DNA of 64,000 bases from an uncultured delta proteobacterium (lineage in GTDB: Bacteria; Desulfobacterota; Desulfomonilia; Desulfomonilales; Desulfomonilaceae): contig CAWBBA010000015.1 of assembly GCA_963786905.1 (NCBI GenBank), forward strand, positions 22,740 to 86,739, given 5' to 3'. The notes under the pieces were generated by a model that did no database searches, was not told the origin of the DNA, and saw nothing but the letters and a program-made list of their open reading frames with translations. Made by a program: the position numbers and the translations under genes. Of this stretch, positions 61,117-64,000 are shown one piece after another. The number at the start of each line of letters is the position of its first letter. Position 1 is the first letter of the stretch.

Positions 61117-62227
61117 TCAGCCTATGGCCAGGCCTTCCATGGTGGAAAAACCGCGGCCGTTCCGGAACCACATCTCCACAGGGTGTTCACGGATGTATCC
61201 GTGGCCTCCCAGGATCTGCACGCCGTAATCAACAATTTTCATAGCCTGCTCGGCGCAATACATCTTTGCCAGAGCTGCGTCACGCGTTCGCGTCTTCGTT
61301 CCGGTCCAAACGCCACGCAGCCCTCCATGCCAGCATACGCATTCCGTCCACCTCCATGGCGGATTCGGCTAACATGAAGGCAATGGATTGTCTGCTGGCA
61401 ATCGGTTCCCCGAATGCAAACCTCTCTTTGGCGTAGCCCAGAGCATACTCATAGGAAGCGCGGGCAACCCCCACGGCCATGGCACAAAGGATCGATCTTG
61501 AGAGATTGAGTAACCTCATATAATCAATCCCCTGATCTCCGCCGACCTGCCGCGATTTGGGCACTACACAGTCTTCAAATGTCACTCGAAACAACGGCAA
61601 AGAATTAAGCCCCAGGTTCTTTTCCCGCTCACATATTTTGAGGCCGGGCGTGCCATTGTCGACAATTATGGCTTTCGCCGAACTTGGCCCCCCATCTTCG
61701 GCAGCGGTGGCATAAACCAGTATTTGCTCGGCCTGATCGGCCATAGGCACCATACATTTGGCTCCATTGATGACTATCTCGTCTCCTCTTATTTGTGAGA
61801 CGGTTTGAAGATCCATCGGATCGAAAGTTATCCTCGGCTCCATTAGGGCTGCTGTGGCACGAAAAAATTGCTCCTCGCAGAATTTTGGCAGCCACTCCTC
61901 CTTTTGTTCCTCGGAACCGAATTCAAGGATGGGTAACATCATTAAGAGGGGCGAAAGAGCCCCCAGGGTGAGACTGACGTCGCCCCAGGCCAATTCCTCG
62001 GCCATGATGGCCGCAGTAAGGGCGGAACGTCCCAGCTCATATCCACCGTATTTTTCTGGGATTGCGTTGGGACAAAAGCCCAACTGCCATACCTTGTTGA
62101 GGAGGTCGGTCGGAAGTTTGGCCTCCTCGTCACAATCCCGGGCAATCGGCCTAAGCTCCTTGGCCGCAAACTTCCGGGCCATGTCCTGGATCTGCCGTTG
62201 ATCCTCGTCCAGAGTAAAACCAGCCAT
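61117..62227 (-). pseudogene. Acyl-CoA dehydrogenase, C-terminal frameshift near 61290
   Basis: ORF 61280..62284 begins (from MAGFTLDEDQRQIQDMARKFA) as an ACAD. The shifted frame supplies TRDAALAKMYCAEQAMKIVDYGVQILGGHGYIREHPVEMWFRNGRGFSTMEGLAIG* with TGA at 61117-61119. Confidence 0.8.
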
Positions 62228-62666
62228 TTGATCTCCATACGACGAATGTCTTTTCGGTGAATTGCCTTGAGATTTGAACCTCAAACGCGGTCCGCGTTAT
62301 GACCTGACATTGGCTTGCCCACGTATCATGTACCACTTGTTAAGTTAGAGGTATAGCGCGTTTGTCTCCCAAGAGTGGCGAGAGGTCTCCCGGTTAAGCC
62401 TGGCAAAACTACGGAACCATCTCTGCCGGTAGAACTGCCGGCAAAAACATCCGAGTACTGTTCCCTCCACGGAGGCAGCGTGCCGGGCGATGTGCCAGAT
62501 GGGTAATTAGAGTACCCCTCAAGAAATTCCTATGTAAAATGAAGGGCAGACGTGACCCCGGCTTGCGGGGGGCGCCCACCAATATTGGGGGCGGGGAGGT
62601 ATGGATTGAGATCTACGATGCCCCCTCGGGTTCCTACGTCGTTATGAGCCGCCCTACTAACTACGG

Positions 62667-62825
62667 ATAAGAAGGTCGGGAGTTCGAATCTCTCAGGGCG
62701 CACCAGAAACAAATAAAGCTACGGTACTTTCCGTAGCTTTTGTTTTTTCAATAGCCCGCGGCATTTGCGAGAAACTGGACGAGCGGAAATAAGTATGGTG
62801 TCCCTGGAATTACCGGAATTATTGG
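62667..62825 (+). repeat. Direct repeat copy 1: tRNA-Arg-like 3' fragment (62667-62705, ending CCA) plus terminator hairpin plus about 80 nt
   Basis: ATAAGAAGGTCGGGAGTTCGAATCTCTCAGGGCGCACCA corresponds to the anticodon-stem 3' strand, variable loop, T-arm and acceptor 3' strand. No matching 5' half, D-arm or anticodon arm is found upstream. Confidence 0.7.
62715..62748 (+). terminator. Hairpin AAAGCTACGG-N6-CCGTAGCTTT followed by TGTTTTTT
   Basis: Read directly from the sequence, immediately after the tRNA-like fragment. Confidence 0.6.
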
Positions 62826-62878
62826 CGGAGAACCTCATTTTGCTGAGGTCCTCCTTTGTAGCGCGATAATCTTACCCT

Positions 62879-63160
62879 CTATTGATTGCTTGGTTTTGAT
62901 TTGGAAGATTGGTTCTTGGATTTTGAAGTCTTGGTCCGCACTTGCGTGTACTCGGGTTGACCCTGAGACCCGTAGTCTCCGTATCCATATCCATCGCCAT
63001 ATTTGTACCCTTCTTCTCCATAAGAAGGCCCCGCCGTATAGCCGCTGCCCCCTGACCAGGGGACACAGTTCCATCAGCTCGCCTCAACTCCGTAAGGTAT
63101 CGCCGCGATGGCAAACACAGCCATCAAACGAAATAACTTAGCAGGATTTATCCACTGCAT
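62879..63160 (-). CDS. Small secreted Gly/Tyr-rich protein with in-frame UGA just after the signal peptide (S-U-W-N-C); candidate selenoprotein
   Basis: AAGGAGG precedes ATG 63160. The reading is MQWINPAKLFRLMAVFAIAAIPYGVEAS, then TGA (63074-63076), then in the same frame WNCVPWSGGSGYTAGPSYGEEGYKYGDGYGYGDYGSQGQPEYTQVRTKTSKSKNQSSKSKPSNQ, ending with TAG at 62879-62881. G-first codon periodicity holds in this frame, and a SECIS-like hairpin lies downstream of the UGA. Confidence 0.5.
63047..63064 (-). promoter_or_regulatory. SECIS-like hairpin GUCCCCU-GGUC-AGGGGGC
   Basis: 7-bp stem (one G-U pair) with tetraloop GGUC. The loop starts 17 nt after the UGA. Confidence 0.5.
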
Positions 63161-63504
63161 CCTTTCCTCCTTCCCAACAACACATGACTCGCAAGAGCGT
63201 AACATGTACCCCACCAGGAGATGTTTGTCATCCTTTTTTGCCGATGGCTCCAGGCCAAGTGCTACCCCTCGGCAATACTCATGTCCAATAAGTCCTTTCG
63301 TTCCAGAGGAATCGCGTGCCGCATATTGGTCGCCCATGACTCCTGTGTCCACGGGTGTCCATATTGATCACTATAAGCGGTCTGATCCAGTGTGCCGAAT
63401 GTAACAGGAAATAAAGGCAGTCCCTCCCATGATGTTATTAACAAAGAACTGCCCAATTGTACCTCGGTTACAATCTGTGCAAACGGTAGGACTGCCCACT
63501 ACCG

Positions 63505-63661
63505 ATCAGAAGGTCGGGAGTTCGAATCTCTTAGGGCGCACCAAGAAAAAGCAAAAGCTGCGGGTACGTTCCGTAGCTTTTGTTTTTCAATAGCCCACGG
63601 CGTTTTCGAGACATTTCACGAGCGGAAATAAGTGTCCCTGCAATTACGATGGAATTACGGG
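63505..63661 (+). repeat. Direct repeat copy 2: tRNA-Arg-like 3' fragment (63505-63543) plus terminator hairpin (63554-63588) plus about 70 nt
   Basis: ATCAGAAGGTCGGGAGTTCGAATCTCTTAGGGCGCACCA, then AAAGCTGCGG...CCGTAGCTTTTGTTTTT, CAATAGCCCACGG and GAGCGGAAATAAGTGTCCCTG. By eye it is about 80% identical to copy 1. Confidence 0.7.
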
Positions 63662-63675
63662 GCTAAGGGAGCGTG

Positions 63676-63936
63676 CTATTTGTCCTTTTCTTTGAGGGCC
63701 TTGGTCTTTTTGTCGAAATCTGCCCAGAATTTCCGGTCGCATTCCTGCATGCAAGCTTCATAATTGCCCTGCATCATGGGAATGAGTTTCCCTTCGTGCG
63801 GGACCTGCCCGAAATTATAACGCCATGGCAATCCTCTGCAGTCCCCATAGCAGTCCTCAATATTAAAATCCGTGTATCCTGCGTTAGGCAGCAAAAGGGC
63901 GGCGAAGATCAATCCCATGACCAAACGTTTTGCCAT
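63676..63936 (-). CDS. Small secreted Cys-rich hypothetical protein
   Basis: MAKRLVMGLIFAALLLPNAGY signal, then EDCYGDCRGLPWRYNF...ACMQECDRKFW. I recognise no family. Confidence 0.4.
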   Translation of the reverse strand: MAKRLVMGLIFAALLLPNAGYTDFNIEDCYGDCRGLPWRYNFGQVPHEGKLIPMMQGNYEACMQECDRKFWADFDKKTKALKEKDK

Positions 63937-64000
63937 GAATCCCTCTATTTCCAATTATCCCAGTCGCCGGAATTATGCGGCAGTCCTGCCGTTTCGAAGC

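Noticed and set aside
62340-62705. Possible tmRNA or tRNA-Sec ending at the CCA at 62705
   Set aside because: There is no GGGGC-type 5' end and no G3:U70 pair (position 70 is C), so it does not look like tmRNA. There is no UCA anticodon loop, long extra arm or 8-bp acceptor, so it does not look like tRNA-Sec. No D-arm or 5' acceptor strand could be found within 140 nt.
62530-62712. 60-aa minus-strand ORF containing VRPERFELPT
   Set aside because: This peptide is the reverse-strand translation of a tRNA T-arm (GGTTCGAATC), so it is not a protein gene.
1-64000. CRISPR arrays, rRNA genes, intact IS elements, integrases, toxin-antitoxin or other defence cassettes
   Set aside because: I looked for regularly spaced identical repeats and for signature motifs and found none. 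The repeats present are palindromic REP/MITE-like units, not spacer-interleaved arrays.

Overview
This is a 64-kb chromosomal segment. Its gene content points to an anaerobic Deltaproteobacterium (Desulfobacterota), possibly a sulfate reducer or syntroph. That placement is an inference from a NapM-type nap operon, many multihaem cytochromes, selenoprotein signals, a beta-oxidation cluster and GTCATTGCGAG-type palindromic repeats. I saw no rRNA, no intact tRNA, no CRISPR array and no intact mobile element.

Layout:
- 1-8 kb: RNase HII, a GT39-like glycosyltransferase and two very large PAS/REC sensor kinases.
- 8.4-21.9 kb: a nitrogen-oxide respiration island. It holds a haem-c (DUF3365) sensor kinase with an OmpR-type regulator, an HAO-family octahaem cytochrome c, a membrane-anchored tetrahaem cytochrome, NrfC-like and NrfD-like proteins, a HEAT-repeat protein and napM-napA-napD-napG-napH.
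- 22-38.8 kb: mostly intact housekeeping and accessory genes. These include a thioredoxin-fold gene with an in-frame UGA, ThiS/ThiF-like, a sugar nucleotidyltransferase, an ABC ATPase, an SNase-like nuclease, purD, NifS/IscU-type genes, an HD hydrolase, a PstS-like binding protein, an M24 peptidase, a Zn-ADH, a DhnA/LsrF aldolase and a PagL-like protein.
- 39-48.8 kb: a sigma54-type regulator and kinase, two small peptides, kdpABC, and a KdpD-N/Usp protein fused to an EIIA(Ntr)-like domain.
- 49-53.7 kb: corC-like, lnt, an AI-2E permease and rsmI.
- 54-62.3 kb: a TetR-linked beta-oxidation cluster.
- 62.6-64 kb: two ~160-bp direct repeats that begin with a tRNA-Arg-like 3' fragment, interleaved with small secreted-protein genes.

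Most notable points:
- Two in-frame UGA codons sit at UxxC redox motifs. Each is followed about 17-23 nt downstream by a hairpin with a GGUC loop, as expected for a bacterial SECIS.
- The HAO-family cytochrome is joined to an NrfCD-type membrane module next to nap.
- The KdpD-N/Usp protein is fused to an EIIA(Ntr)-like domain.
- There are roughly 40-50 frameshifts by an approximate hand count of ORF-fragment junctions. They are concentrated in particular operons, while neighbouring multi-kb blocks have none.
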